Made by a program: the position numbers and the translations under genes
DNA from: Candidatus Micrarchaeota archaeon
GTDB lineage: Archaea; Micrarchaeota; Micrarchaeia; Norongarragalinales; SBBD01
Assembly (NCBI GenBank): GCA_018819225.1
Contig: JAHJQN010000008.1
Span: 1-64,000 of the forward strand
Direction: 5' to 3'
Length of the DNA: 64,000 nucleotides
Shown: positions 55,511 through 64,000 of the stretch, piece after piece
Numbering within the stretch: position 1 is the first letter of the stretch
How the letters are laid out: each line of letters starts with the position of its first letter
The notes under the pieces: generated by a model
What the model saw: the letters and a program-made list of their open reading frames with translations, nothing else
What the model was told of the DNA's origin: nothing
Database searches by the model: none

Positions 55511-56794
55511 TCAAGCGATTCCGATCACGATGTCACACGCATTGGTACCCGTAGGACCCGTCACGATCACGTCCCCGGTTTTCTTCAAGAATGAGTGGGA
55601 GTCATTGTTCTTTAAATACTTGGCGGGTTTCAAGCGCTTTTTAGAGGCGCGGTCATTCGTGGAAGAATCCACGATGGCTCCGGCTGACGGACTCGATCCA
55701 TCTATTCCATCGGTTCCGGCACTTAATAGCACGCCGTTTTTCAACCAGGAGAGCGCGCTCAGGCAAAGCTCTTGATTCCGACCGCCGATCCCGTTTCCGG
55801 ACACCGTCACCGTCGTTTCACCGCCCGCAACAAACGTCAAGTTACGGTTGAGTAAATTCGCAAAGCGCTTTCCATGATCGCGGGCATCCCCAGTCAAACC
55901 GCGAAACACCCATGGACGCATGCCCTGCCGACGCAAAAAAGATGACGCCGCATCAATCACCGTATTATTGTCGCCGAGAACAAACGAGTGCGAGGAAACG
56001 CGAACGGATTGTTTGGAAGGAAAGCGCATTAATGTTTTCATGATGGGATCATTCGAGGAAAGATGCAAATAGCGTTTCAATAATAATCGCGCGCGCTGAT
56101 AATGATGCGTGCTGGAAACCGTGGGACCTGACGCGATATCCGCCAGAGAACCATGGACGACATCCGAAAGCACGAGATTCACTATCTTCGCGTTTTTGAA
56201 CGCCAGACCCAATTGACCGCCCTTGACTTGAGACAAACAGCGGCGCACTTCATTCAATTCGGATATCGAGGCGCCGCCACGCATTAATCCCTCGGAAATC
56301 CGTTGAACATCTTTCAATGAAAGGCCTTCCCGGGGAAGGGTCAACAAAGAGGAACCGCCTCCCGAAATTAAACAGACCACCACATCCTCTTTGGTTACTT
56401 CCGATGCAAGCGCAAGAATCTTTTGCGTCGCCGACACATTTTCTTTCGAAGGAAACGGGTGCGTACCCTCCAACAATTGAATTTTTTTCGTGCGAAAACG
56501 TTTTCGAGTTCCTTTTGGAACGATCACGATACCGGAAGTCACCGGCACCAATCGTTCAAAGGTTTCCGCCATGGCCCCCGATGCTTTCCCGAAACCGATC
56601 ACGAACACGCGCCCAACCGGAAACGGGTGGCCACGCACGACGAATTCGTTTCGCTTGAATTGAACAGAGGAACGCATCAATTGATCCGGCGAAATGCTTT
56701 CGAGACCAAGCTCAAAAGCCCTCAAAGCCAATTCCCGTCGCTTTCGATCGCCGTGCAATAGGGTTCCGCGAGAGCGGATGCTCATAATCTTCAC
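55511..56794 (-). CDS. Glycerate 2-kinase (MOFRL family)
   Basis: 'GFGKAS', 'LISGGGSSL', 'VKGGQL', 'IASGPT', 'GGETTV..GGRNQE', 'GTDGIDG', 'TGTNACD'. Confidence 0.93.
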   Translation of the reverse strand: MKIMSIRSRGTLLHGDRKRRELALRAFELGLESISPDQLMRSSVQFKRNEFVVRGHPFPVGRVFVIGFGKASGAMAETFERLVPVTSGIVIVPKGTRKRFRTKKIQLLEGTHPFPSKENVSATQKILALASEVTKEDVVVCLISGGGSSLLTLPREGLSLKDVQRISEGLMRGGASISELNEVRRCLSQVKGGQLGLAFKNAKIVNLVLSDVVHGSLADIASGPTVSSTHHYQRARLLLKRYLHLSSNDPIMKTLMRFPSKQSVRVSSHSFVLGDNNTVIDAASSFLRRQGMRPWVFRGLTGDARDHGKRFANLLNRNLTFVAGGETTVTVSGNGIGGRNQELCLSALSWLKNGVLLSAGTDGIDGSSPSAGAIVDSSTNDRASKKRLKPAKYLKNNDSHSFLKKTGDVIVTGPTGTNACDIVIGIA

Positions 56795-56796
56795 GA

Positions 56797-57402
56797 TTAC
56801 GCATGTTGAATGCTTTTCAACGTGATGTCAAATATCAACGACTTTCCGGCCAAACGGTGATTAAAATCGATCGTGACGGACGTGTCGTTAACGGACGTTA
56901 TCACGCCCGATAAACCATTCGCCGCACGGACCGTCAAACCCACCTCGGCAGGCGCGCCAATGCCTTCCAGCTCGGATAACGGGAACGCGCGAATTAATCC
57001 GTCATTGTATTCGCCGTACGCCTCCTCGGGAGGAAGTTCGACGGTTTTAGTTTCCCCGACACGCATGCCTACGAGAGCACGGTCAAAACCAGCAATCATT
57101 TGACCCGCTCCCACTTGAAACTGAAGGGGCTCGTAAGCAGGGCGCGACATGCCGGCTTTCTCCGCCTCTTCCTTAATATTCGTGTCAAAAACCGTTCCGT
57201 TCTCTAGACGACCTAAATAGTCAACTGAAACGACATCGCCGGCTTTCACGAGAGGCTCTCCAGAATCCATATCGCTGGGAACCGATGAAACCGGAACATC
57301 CGTTGGCATCGGCGTTGGCGTCTCCGTGGCACCACCGCCCATTTGAAGACAACCGAATAGCATAAACGCAAGGATAACCACGAAGGCACTGTCCAAGTTC
57401 AA
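56797..57402 (-). CDS. FKBP/SlyD-type peptidyl-prolyl isomerase, lipoprotein
   Basis: Lipobox 'LFGC', 'VDYLGRLENGTVFDT', 'LPPEEAYG', 'DFNHRLAGKSL'. Confidence 0.92.
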   Translation of the reverse strand: MNLDSAFVVILAFMLFGCLQMGGGATETPTPMPTDVPVSSVPSDMDSGEPLVKAGDVVSVDYLGRLENGTVFDTNIKEEAEKAGMSRPAYEPLQFQVGAGQMIAGFDRALVGMRVGETKTVELPPEEAYGEYNDGLIRAFPLSELEGIGAPAEVGLTVRAANGLSGVITSVNDTSVTIDFNHRLAGKSLIFDITLKSIQHA

Positions 57403-57551
57403 GAATCCCCACCCCTCAAATAGAACCAGTAAAGGTGTTCGAGAGTTAAAACGAGTTGCAAGTATAAAAAGGATGCGGTCAGGTGTAACAAAGAAAATAA
57501 TCCACCAAATAGGAAAAGGATTTTAATGCAGTATACGAAAGAAGAAAGAAT

Positions 57552-58091
57552 ATGGGCGTAAAACCACTTGAAGAACTGCGGATAGGCGTCTACCACTTGA
57601 GATGGGGGGAAAAAAGTATTAGACCCAACGAACACGCTATATCGTTCTCCGTTGCACGTTCCCGAAACGCTTTTAAAAAAACCGAAGGAGCTAAACGCAT
57701 CGATATTAGACGCGTCCCCCCTGCCTTGAGATCTGCCGTATTAATTCGATTATCTGAACGGAATGATCATGAGGAACCATTGGGACAGATATGGTTTTCA
57801 CGAAAGGGTAACCATGTCGAAACCGATGGTTTGAGGTTATCGGCCGTAAAAAGCACTCGAAATAGGCCGCGCTCAATACGACCAGATGCCTCGACCGAAT
57901 GGCGGCTTCGGAATCTTCTACACGGTATCGCGGCGCACTACCTGCAAACTCGTGAAGGAGTCACGCATATTGGTACCAGTAATAAACCGAAAGCGGGATG
58001 GACCAGAGAACTTAACGAATTGGGCCTACCCGCCAAACAAAAAGTGGAGATCGCCGAATGGAAGAAAAAGATCTTGAAGGGGATGCGGTGA
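57552..58091 (+). CDS. Hypothetical basic protein
   Basis: 179-aa ORF filling the gap upstream of tldD. No recognised motif. Confidence 0.55.
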   Translation: MGVKPLEELRIGVYHLRWGEKSIRPNEHAISFSVARSRNAFKKTEGAKRIDIRRVPPALRSAVLIRLSERNDHEEPLGQIWFSRKGNHVETDGLRLSAVKSTRNRPRSIRPDASTEWRLRNLLHGIAAHYLQTREGVTHIGTSNKPKAGWTRELNELGLPAKQKVEIAEWKKKILKGMR

Positions 58092-58122
58092 CAAGGGAAT
58101 ACAGAATGAAGGAAATAGTAAT

Positions 58123-59457
58123 ATGAAATCCATCCATAAGCTGCTGGATCCATACCGGTATGCCGATGCCCGCATTACGCGAAGCCGTTATTCAAGAGCC
58201 GTACTCAAAGACAAGGAATTTGACTCCGTGAGGCAAGGAACCACCGAAAGCGTAGCGTGCCGTGTTCTCGTCAACGGAGCCATGGGATTCGCATCCAGCA
58301 ACCGGGTCAACGAGCTCCCGCTCCTCTTGAAAGAAGCGGAAAAACTGGCGCGCGTCCAGCCCGGAAAAATGATGCTCGCAGAGCCGGAGGTTCATCAAGC
58401 GCGATCGATAGGACCTGGCAAGAAATCACCTGAAAATATTGACATCGAAGAAAAACTGAGCCGACTGAAAGCGTACGAAAAACGAGCCCGGAAAAAAAAG
58501 ATTCACCGCGTCCAAGTGAATTATGCCGATGGAACGTATGATAGCGAATTGTATGGTTCGACGGGAGCGCACGTCATCGATCACGAACACCGCGTCCTCA
58601 CACAAATATTCGTTTACGCCAAGGAGAACGGAAGAACCGAACATTCCTTCGATCAAGTCAAGGCCCGAGGCGGAATGGAAGCACTCAAAGGAATGCATGA
58701 GAAAATTGACCGCGCAGTGAACGAAGCGTTGTTGATGTTGAAAGCCGAGCACGGACCAAAAGGAAAGATGAACGTGATTCTCGATCCTGAAATTGCAGGC
58801 GTGTTAGCCCATGAAGCCGTAGGGCATGCGTGCGAAGCCGACGAAATTCAATCCGGAGGATCCTGTTTGCAAGGAAAACTCGGAAATCGCATTGGAAGTG
58901 AAACGGTCAACATTTCCGATTCTCCTGTTTATGACGATGCGTTGTGGGGATCGTATGCATACGATGACGAAGGAACGAAAACCAAGAAAACGGAACTCGT
59001 AAAAAAAGGAGTTCTAAACAACTACCTCACCTCGCTATCGACCGCAAAACAAAACCTGGGACGGTTAAGCGGAAACGCCAGGGGGGAAAGCGACTCCCGG
59101 CCCATTGTACGAATGAGCAACACGTACTTTGAAAAAGGAAGCGAAAAAAAGGAAGCGTTATTTAGCGAGTTAAAGAACGGAGTTTATTTAGTGGGATGCA
59201 AGGAAGGCCAAGTGTCACCCAAAACCGGGAATTTCACGTTCGCGGCACGGTATGGATACGTCGTGAAGAATGGGAAACAAACGAAACGGATGAAAAACTG
59301 CAGTATCAACGGAAATATTCTGGAAGCGCTTCATCACATAAAGCAGGTGGCAAACGACATGGCATTTACCCCCGGAACATGCGGGAAATACGCGCAGGAA
59401 GCGCCCGTGACCACGGGAAGTCCGCATCTGATCATTAACGACATTCTCGTGGGATGA
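58123..59457 (+). CDS. tldD: TldD-family metalloprotease
   Basis: 'HEAVGHACEAD', 'YDDEG', 'VRMSNTY', 'GTCGK'. Confidence 0.93.
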   Translation: MKSIHKLLDPYRYADARITRSRYSRAVLKDKEFDSVRQGTTESVACRVLVNGAMGFASSNRVNELPLLLKEAEKLARVQPGKMMLAEPEVHQARSIGPGKKSPENIDIEEKLSRLKAYEKRARKKKIHRVQVNYADGTYDSELYGSTGAHVIDHEHRVLTQIFVYAKENGRTEHSFDQVKARGGMEALKGMHEKIDRAVNEALLMLKAEHGPKGKMNVILDPEIAGVLAHEAVGHACEADEIQSGGSCLQGKLGNRIGSETVNISDSPVYDDALWGSYAYDDEGTKTKKTELVKKGVLNNYLTSLSTAKQNLGRLSGNARGESDSRPIVRMSNTYFEKGSEKKEALFSELKNGVYLVGCKEGQVSPKTGNFTFAARYGYVVKNGKQTKRMKNCSINGNILEALHHIKQVANDMAFTPGTCGKYAQEAPVTTGSPHLIINDILVG

Positions 59458-59488
59458 ACAGGAGCGTTATAGAGACATCGCGCCCGAG

Positions 59489-60889
59489 TTAAGGATGCAT
59501 GCGAATGGAACCGGTTTTTCCATCCATTATTAGCGTTCTCCCTTGAATCAACGACGAAATATTATGCGTTTGAACAATGCAGGGAATTCGGAGTTCACGA
59601 GCAATGATCGCTGAATGCGAGAGAGCTCCCCCGGTTTCACTCACGACGCCGACGGCATCCTTGAATAACGTCGAAAGACGCGGGGAAAACGAATGCGATA
59701 CGATGATCTTTCCATTAACGTTCTTCTCGTAATCCGAATCCTCGTTAACGAAAACGCATTCGGCCGTTACCGAAAAAGGAGCGCCTGCGGGCTTGCCACT
59801 CACCACCCCATCAGAATGCGGCAAATCAAACCATTTTTTATCTGAAAAAACGAGTACAGCCGGAGTGGATTGCCAAGAGTGAGCGTCAAATCGCTTTTTT
59901 CGCTCGGCTAATACGTCAGACCACTTACTTGAATCACCGAGGATTAGCGGGAGTTCAGAAATACGCGCGTGGAAAACGGGGGTTCCGACACCCGTCCGAT
60001 GGCTCACTTCAATATAGGTGTTTCGAAGCACGCTTAAATAGCGTGAGCAAACCATTTTCGCATTCTCACGCCAGCGAGCATATTTATCCTTGGGAGCCGG
60101 CTGCATCAATCGCATAGCAGAAGCCGGATTTTCTTGAAAACGGGGAATCGAAACGTCATAAGGAGATTCGGAATGAAAACCAAACCGTTCAACCGCTTCA
60201 TCCACCTTATTTTCAGAAAGAAGAGCGTACAATTGCTCGGCCTCACAAGATTGCCAAGCGGATGAAGTAACGAGAGGGGTCTTGAATGCGGAGGCCAGCG
60301 AAGAAACAAAAGAATATTGCATGGAACGAACGGCTCCCTCTTGAGCGGCTTCCGAAACGGCCACCGGATTCGATATGCGTCCGGCATGTTCTGAAACGAA
60401 ATGAGTCGCTTGTTGAGAAAAGGAAGGAAATGCGCGCAGCTTTTGTTCCGCGTACAAGGCGAATAACGCCATGTCGATTGCCTGACCAACGGCATCAAAG
60501 GGAAAGCTGGCCATCAATAAAAGATTTTCAATCGACAACGGACTCGTTTCGACCAAACCGTTTTTAGAATGCCAAGAAAACGTTTTTTCAATTCCGGGAT
60601 TGCGCATGAAGCGCTTTTCAACGTTACGAGAAAAATACATGCGGCCGGCCACAAAATGAACGTGCTTTGAATTAAAAGGCCGAACCCCCATCCGTGTTTC
60701 ATCGTACGTGCGCCACAATGGTCCGTTCGCGTCAAAAACGTTTTCGAAAAACTCTTGCGAGCATTCCTTGGAAAGCGGCAGCAAATCCGAGTTTTCATTG
60801 CGGGCAATGACGAGAGTCTGACCCGAAAACAAGGGCTGGGAGTGCACTACTGAAACCAGATCCCTTTCAAGAAAAAGCGGAAGATCCAT
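59489..60889 (-). CDS. Protein with C-terminal PEP-utilising phospho-histidine swivel domain
   Basis: 'VVSETGGALSHSAIIARELRIPCIV...MDGKTG'. No recognisable ATP-grasp or TIM-barrel domain. Confidence 0.85.
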   Translation of the reverse strand: MDLPLFLERDLVSVVHSQPLFSGQTLVIARNENSDLLPLSKECSQEFFENVFDANGPLWRTYDETRMGVRPFNSKHVHFVAGRMYFSRNVEKRFMRNPGIEKTFSWHSKNGLVETSPLSIENLLLMASFPFDAVGQAIDMALFALYAEQKLRAFPSFSQQATHFVSEHAGRISNPVAVSEAAQEGAVRSMQYSFVSSLASAFKTPLVTSSAWQSCEAEQLYALLSENKVDEAVERFGFHSESPYDVSIPRFQENPASAMRLMQPAPKDKYARWRENAKMVCSRYLSVLRNTYIEVSHRTGVGTPVFHARISELPLILGDSSKWSDVLAERKKRFDAHSWQSTPAVLVFSDKKWFDLPHSDGVVSGKPAGAPFSVTAECVFVNEDSDYEKNVNGKIIVSHSFSPRLSTLFKDAVGVVSETGGALSHSAIIARELRIPCIVQTHNISSLIQGRTLIMDGKTGSIRMHP

Positions 60890-60895
60890 AATCAA

Positions 60896-61825
60896 TCACG
60901 AGGAAATGCGTTCAAAACCGGTATCTGAAATAAAAACGGTTCCACGATCCGAACAAGATCCCGAAGCTACAAACGCAACGGAACCGCGAACAGTCAATTC
61001 GTCGGAAGATACAGAAACAGGGCAGAAAATGCGTTTTCGCGCGCCGTCTTCCTCCGATTGACAAGCGAATAAGGGATGGATGGTTTTTTCTAATGCGCCG
61101 ACGCGAATACGACATTCTCCATCCGATGACGGTTGGAACCACATCCGAGTAAAAGCAGTCGTAATCACGTCCATTTTCGCTTCGGCCAATGCATCGTCTT
61201 CTCGACCCAGAATCTCTGAAGGCTCAGACGGCGCTTGAGCCATGCCTTTTGAAGCGTCTAAGTCAGGCAACCATCCATCTGGAATCAAAGAATTGGGCGA
61301 GGATTCTTGATAGGCCGAAACATATTCAATGCGTTCATCCGTATTCACTACGATCACATCCATTGCGAGCACGGACGAGACCCCCGTAGCGAATGCAATA
61401 AAGAGGGCCAGCAGTACCCATGAGCTCACTAAAGAGGTTTTCGTATGCGAGGGAACGTTCCGGTAAGCACGGAACGCGGAAACCCATTTTAAAATCAAGA
61501 AAAGAACTCCAGCTGATAACGCGGATAGGGCTGCGGATTCATAATCTAAAGGGTAAATCAAGAACGCGGAGACGAGCATGGCCGACAATGCGAGAAAAGC
61601 CGTTCCCAACGCGGAAACCCCCGAACTCAATAAATGAAAAACGCTTTTTCCGAAATAAGTTCGGTTCGTAAAACCTTTTAATGCTCCAAACAACAGCAAG
61701 GAAACAACCGCATTGACAAGAAAAGAGCTAATGGAAAGCGTGAGGAAAAAAACAGTCGGCGGAACGACAACCAATGCATGAGCCCATGAGAACAAAAAAA
61801 CGAAAAAAACCAATGCGCGTCTCAT
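60896..61825 (-). CDS. Hypothetical multi-pass membrane protein with Cys-containing C-terminal domain
   Basis: About 5 hydrophobic segments. ATGA overlap with the upstream lipoprotein. Confidence 0.65.
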   Translation of the reverse strand: MRRALVFFVFLFSWAHALVVVPPTVFFLTLSISSFLVNAVVSLLLFGALKGFTNRTYFGKSVFHLLSSGVSALGTAFLALSAMLVSAFLIYPLDYESAALSALSAGVLFLILKWVSAFRAYRNVPSHTKTSLVSSWVLLALFIAFATGVSSVLAMDVIVVNTDERIEYVSAYQESSPNSLIPDGWLPDLDASKGMAQAPSEPSEILGREDDALAEAKMDVITTAFTRMWFQPSSDGECRIRVGALEKTIHPLFACQSEEDGARKRIFCPVSVSSDELTVRGSVAFVASGSCSDRGTVFISDTGFERISS

Positions 61826-62631
61826 GAACGAATCCACTCTAGCAATTGGGTATACGCACGATCTGCCGGCGAGTCTCCTTTACCGCACGTATTAATTTCG
61901 GCGTATTGCTCGCCGTCACTGGCTTCGATATAAGAATAAACGTATCCGTCGCGAGAGCAATCATCAAAATCAACGGATGAATCAAAAAATCCGTCCAGTA
62001 ACAAAGGCAACGGTTCGGGATCTATTCGGAATACATGGGCTTCCAACAATTCCCCATCCAAGTCGCCGAACGCTTCATAGACGACGGTGCCATCCTCAAA
62101 TAAATGGTAATCGATCGCGGGCTGGCCGCGTTTTCGATAAATTAAGTGAATGAAGAAAGGAGTTTGAGAAACCGCGCCATCATATAGCGCCATCGTGCGT
62201 TCTTGAATACCGAGAACGACCGCATACGAATGATAAGCCGACGGCTTATCGACTTGCACGGCCAAATAATTCGTCTCGTTTTCATCGTGGTAAAACGCGT
62301 GGTAAACGGAGCACTCCGCACAATTCACATCCCGGCCTTGAACCAATTGCTCTTTAACGTATGCGAGCTCGGCAACGACGAGCGCTCGGTCCACTTTTCG
62401 AAGCGTAATAGACGGCGTTTTTCGCGTCGGAGCATTAAACGATTTGCGGAGAATCAAACCGTTGTCAACGACCAAATACTCAATAAAGCACGGCTTGGGA
62501 CCGGAATCACATTGCGGCGTTTGCTCGGTAATCTCATAATAGGATCCTTCCGACGGATCGGAAGCAGGCAAAGTCGTACAACCGATCAGTAGGATAAAAG
62601 CGAACGCAATGAATGAAACCCACTTTTCCAT
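61822..62631 (-). CDS. Hypothetical lipoprotein with an internal two-fold repeat
   Basis: Lipobox 'LLIGC'. 'IEYLVVDNGLIL' versus 'IDYHLFEDGTVV', each half followed by paired Cys residues. Confidence 0.7.
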   Translation of the reverse strand: MEKWVSFIAFAFILLIGCTTLPASDPSEGSYYEITEQTPQCDSGPKPCFIEYLVVDNGLILRKSFNAPTRKTPSITLRKVDRALVVAELAYVKEQLVQGRDVNCAECSVYHAFYHDENETNYLAVQVDKPSAYHSYAVVLGIQERTMALYDGAVSQTPFFIHLIYRKRGQPAIDYHLFEDGTVVYEAFGDLDGELLEAHVFRIDPEPLPLLLDGFFDSSVDFDDCSRDGYVYSYIEASDGEQYAEINTCGKGDSPADRAYTQLLEWIRS

Positions 62632-63035
62632 ATGGCAGTATAACGATTCCAGGCTATATAAAAACAAGGGAATCATTAAGTGAAAAAAAGCCGCGAACCT
62701 GAATGCACTAAAACGGGCGAGAAACGAATATAAACGTTTGTTGCATAATGGGCCCACACCACTTTCAAGAGGGGATCCGAGGAAAAAAATTAAGTACACG
62801 TTAGTTATCAGTCGTACAAATAATGCGCCCGTTGCCTTCCGAAAACCGCTTTCGCCTCATGGGGAGCACATTCTAATCCTTACGCATTAGGGTTTGCCGC
62901 CTACTCGAAGGAATCGAATCCGTTATCCGTCAGGCGATCAAAGGATTCGCAGATGGGTAATCTGCAATGGTAGGGTCTAGCGAAAGCTCGAACCCATGGA
63001 ATCAATGCGCGCAAAAAACCGAGGTGCCAAAACGA

Positions 63036-63476
63036 ATGAACGAAAAAATCAGGTATGCAATCGTGGGTTTCAAAGCCGGAGTCTGGGAAAAAAAGGGGGA
63101 GTTGGAACAACTCGTTGAGAAGCCGAGCATAAAAAGAACAGTGATCGCATTCTCGGGATATGCGGCAACGGCTGCACTCGTCATGGGATACCATATGGCT
63201 CAAACGGCTATGCTGGAGCGTAGTCTCACGCTGCCTATTCACTTGGGGGCAGCCGTAGCCACACCCATTATCCTGTTCGCATATGCCGCGCATACGAGTT
63301 ACTATCTACAAAACCGCTTGAATGTCGCATCCATCGCCGGATTGATCGGGCGATCTTCCCCGTATTTCGTTCTCGCCATTGCAATGGGAGGCGAAATATT
63401 GTTGGGATTGAACTTCGCGTTGGCCGCCCAAACGGCGAGCGAACTCGTGTTCCTCAAACTGCATCGCATGATCTAA
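63036..63476 (+). CDS. Hypothetical membrane protein
   Basis: GAGGTG SD before ATG 63036, 3-4 TM helices. Confidence 0.6.
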   Translation: MNEKIRYAIVGFKAGVWEKKGELEQLVEKPSIKRTVIAFSGYAATAALVMGYHMAQTAMLERSLTLPIHLGAAVATPIILFAYAAHTSYYLQNRLNVASIAGLIGRSSPYFVLAIAMGGEILLGLNFALAAQTASELVFLKLHRMI

Positions 63477-63580
63477 GTCTCAAGAGACATGGGCGAAAAC
63501 GATGTCAGGGATATTAGTGCAAACTTGGAACAAGGGGGTATCCCGGTGGAAAGATAGAGGGTATAACCCTTGCTGCAAGC

Positions 63581-64000
63581 CTATTTCTTTTCCTTGAATA
63601 CCTCCCGTATTTCTTTCCCGAGATGATTGAAAAAGTCCTCGACTTCGTCACCCCATGCTTCCATTCGCTCTTCAAACGATGAATGGCTGGAGGAACGCGA
63701 ACGACGAGACCCATGGCGTTGCTTGTTACGAAAATGGGTTTTATCGCTTGAAACCCCATGCGGATGGATCGCACGATAAAAAATCGCGGCATACCCCACG
63801 AGTAGAATGATCAAGAAAACAGCTAAAATGGCCCATTCCATAAACGGCAATAAACGGTGCATGAATACACGATTCGAAAGCGACTCGGCCAACCCCATAA
63901 TGTTGAAAACGAAATAAACGAATAGGGCACCGCCTAACGCGTGAAACAACGGGGAAGGCAAGTTGAAAGGAAACGGAAACACGCCAAACAATTCCCCCAA
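63581..64000 (-). CDS. Hypothetical membrane protein, 5' end outside the window
   Basis: Open to the window edge, with TM helices and a charged C-terminal helix. Confidence 0.55.
   Translation of the reverse strand: MGELFGVFPFPFNLPSPLFHALGGALFVYFVFNIMGLAESLSNRVFMHRLLPFMEWAILAVFLIILLVGYAAIFYRAIHPHGVSSDKTHFRNKQRHGSRRSRSSSHSSFEERMEAWGDEVEDFFNHLGKEIREVFKEKK

Noticed and set aside
1-64000. Integrase, transposase, reverse transcriptase/DGR or cas genes
   Set aside because: No ORF in the track shows the corresponding catalytic motifs.

Overview
Archaeal chromosomal segment, most likely from a DPANN lineage such as Micrarchaeota. This is inferred from archaeal-type ProRS/IleRS/MAT/PolB, BHB-intron tRNAs, rps26e together with FtsZ/SMC, and many orphan genes. 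The left end holds the tail of a CRISPR array (4 repeats, one duplicated spacer, no cas genes in view), a surface protein and an HTH/nucleotidyltransferase pair, next to intron-containing tRNA-Asp and a two-intron tRNA-Tyr. The rest contains a nikM-larE-larB-larC nickel-pincer cofactor operon, an ArsR-SHOCT-DsrE-OsmC operon beside tRNA-Leu, proS, serS, ileS, an AT-rich island (Roadblock, FIST, two flavoproteins, two wHTH paralogs, one with an in-frame TGA), mat, a repeat-flanked GT-C-like gene, tandem ftsZ2-like genes, polB, smc, tRNA-Val with a 36/37 intron, rps26e, rnz and tldD. The strongest observation is a stand-alone gene encoding a 41-aa C-terminal intein fragment fused to the C-terminal half of Lon protease, i.e. 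a probable naturally split, trans-spliced LonB. The second is a family of five short hairpin elements seen only at tRNA loci, inside tRNA introns and immediately after tRNA 3' ends. All calls were made by eye with no database searches.
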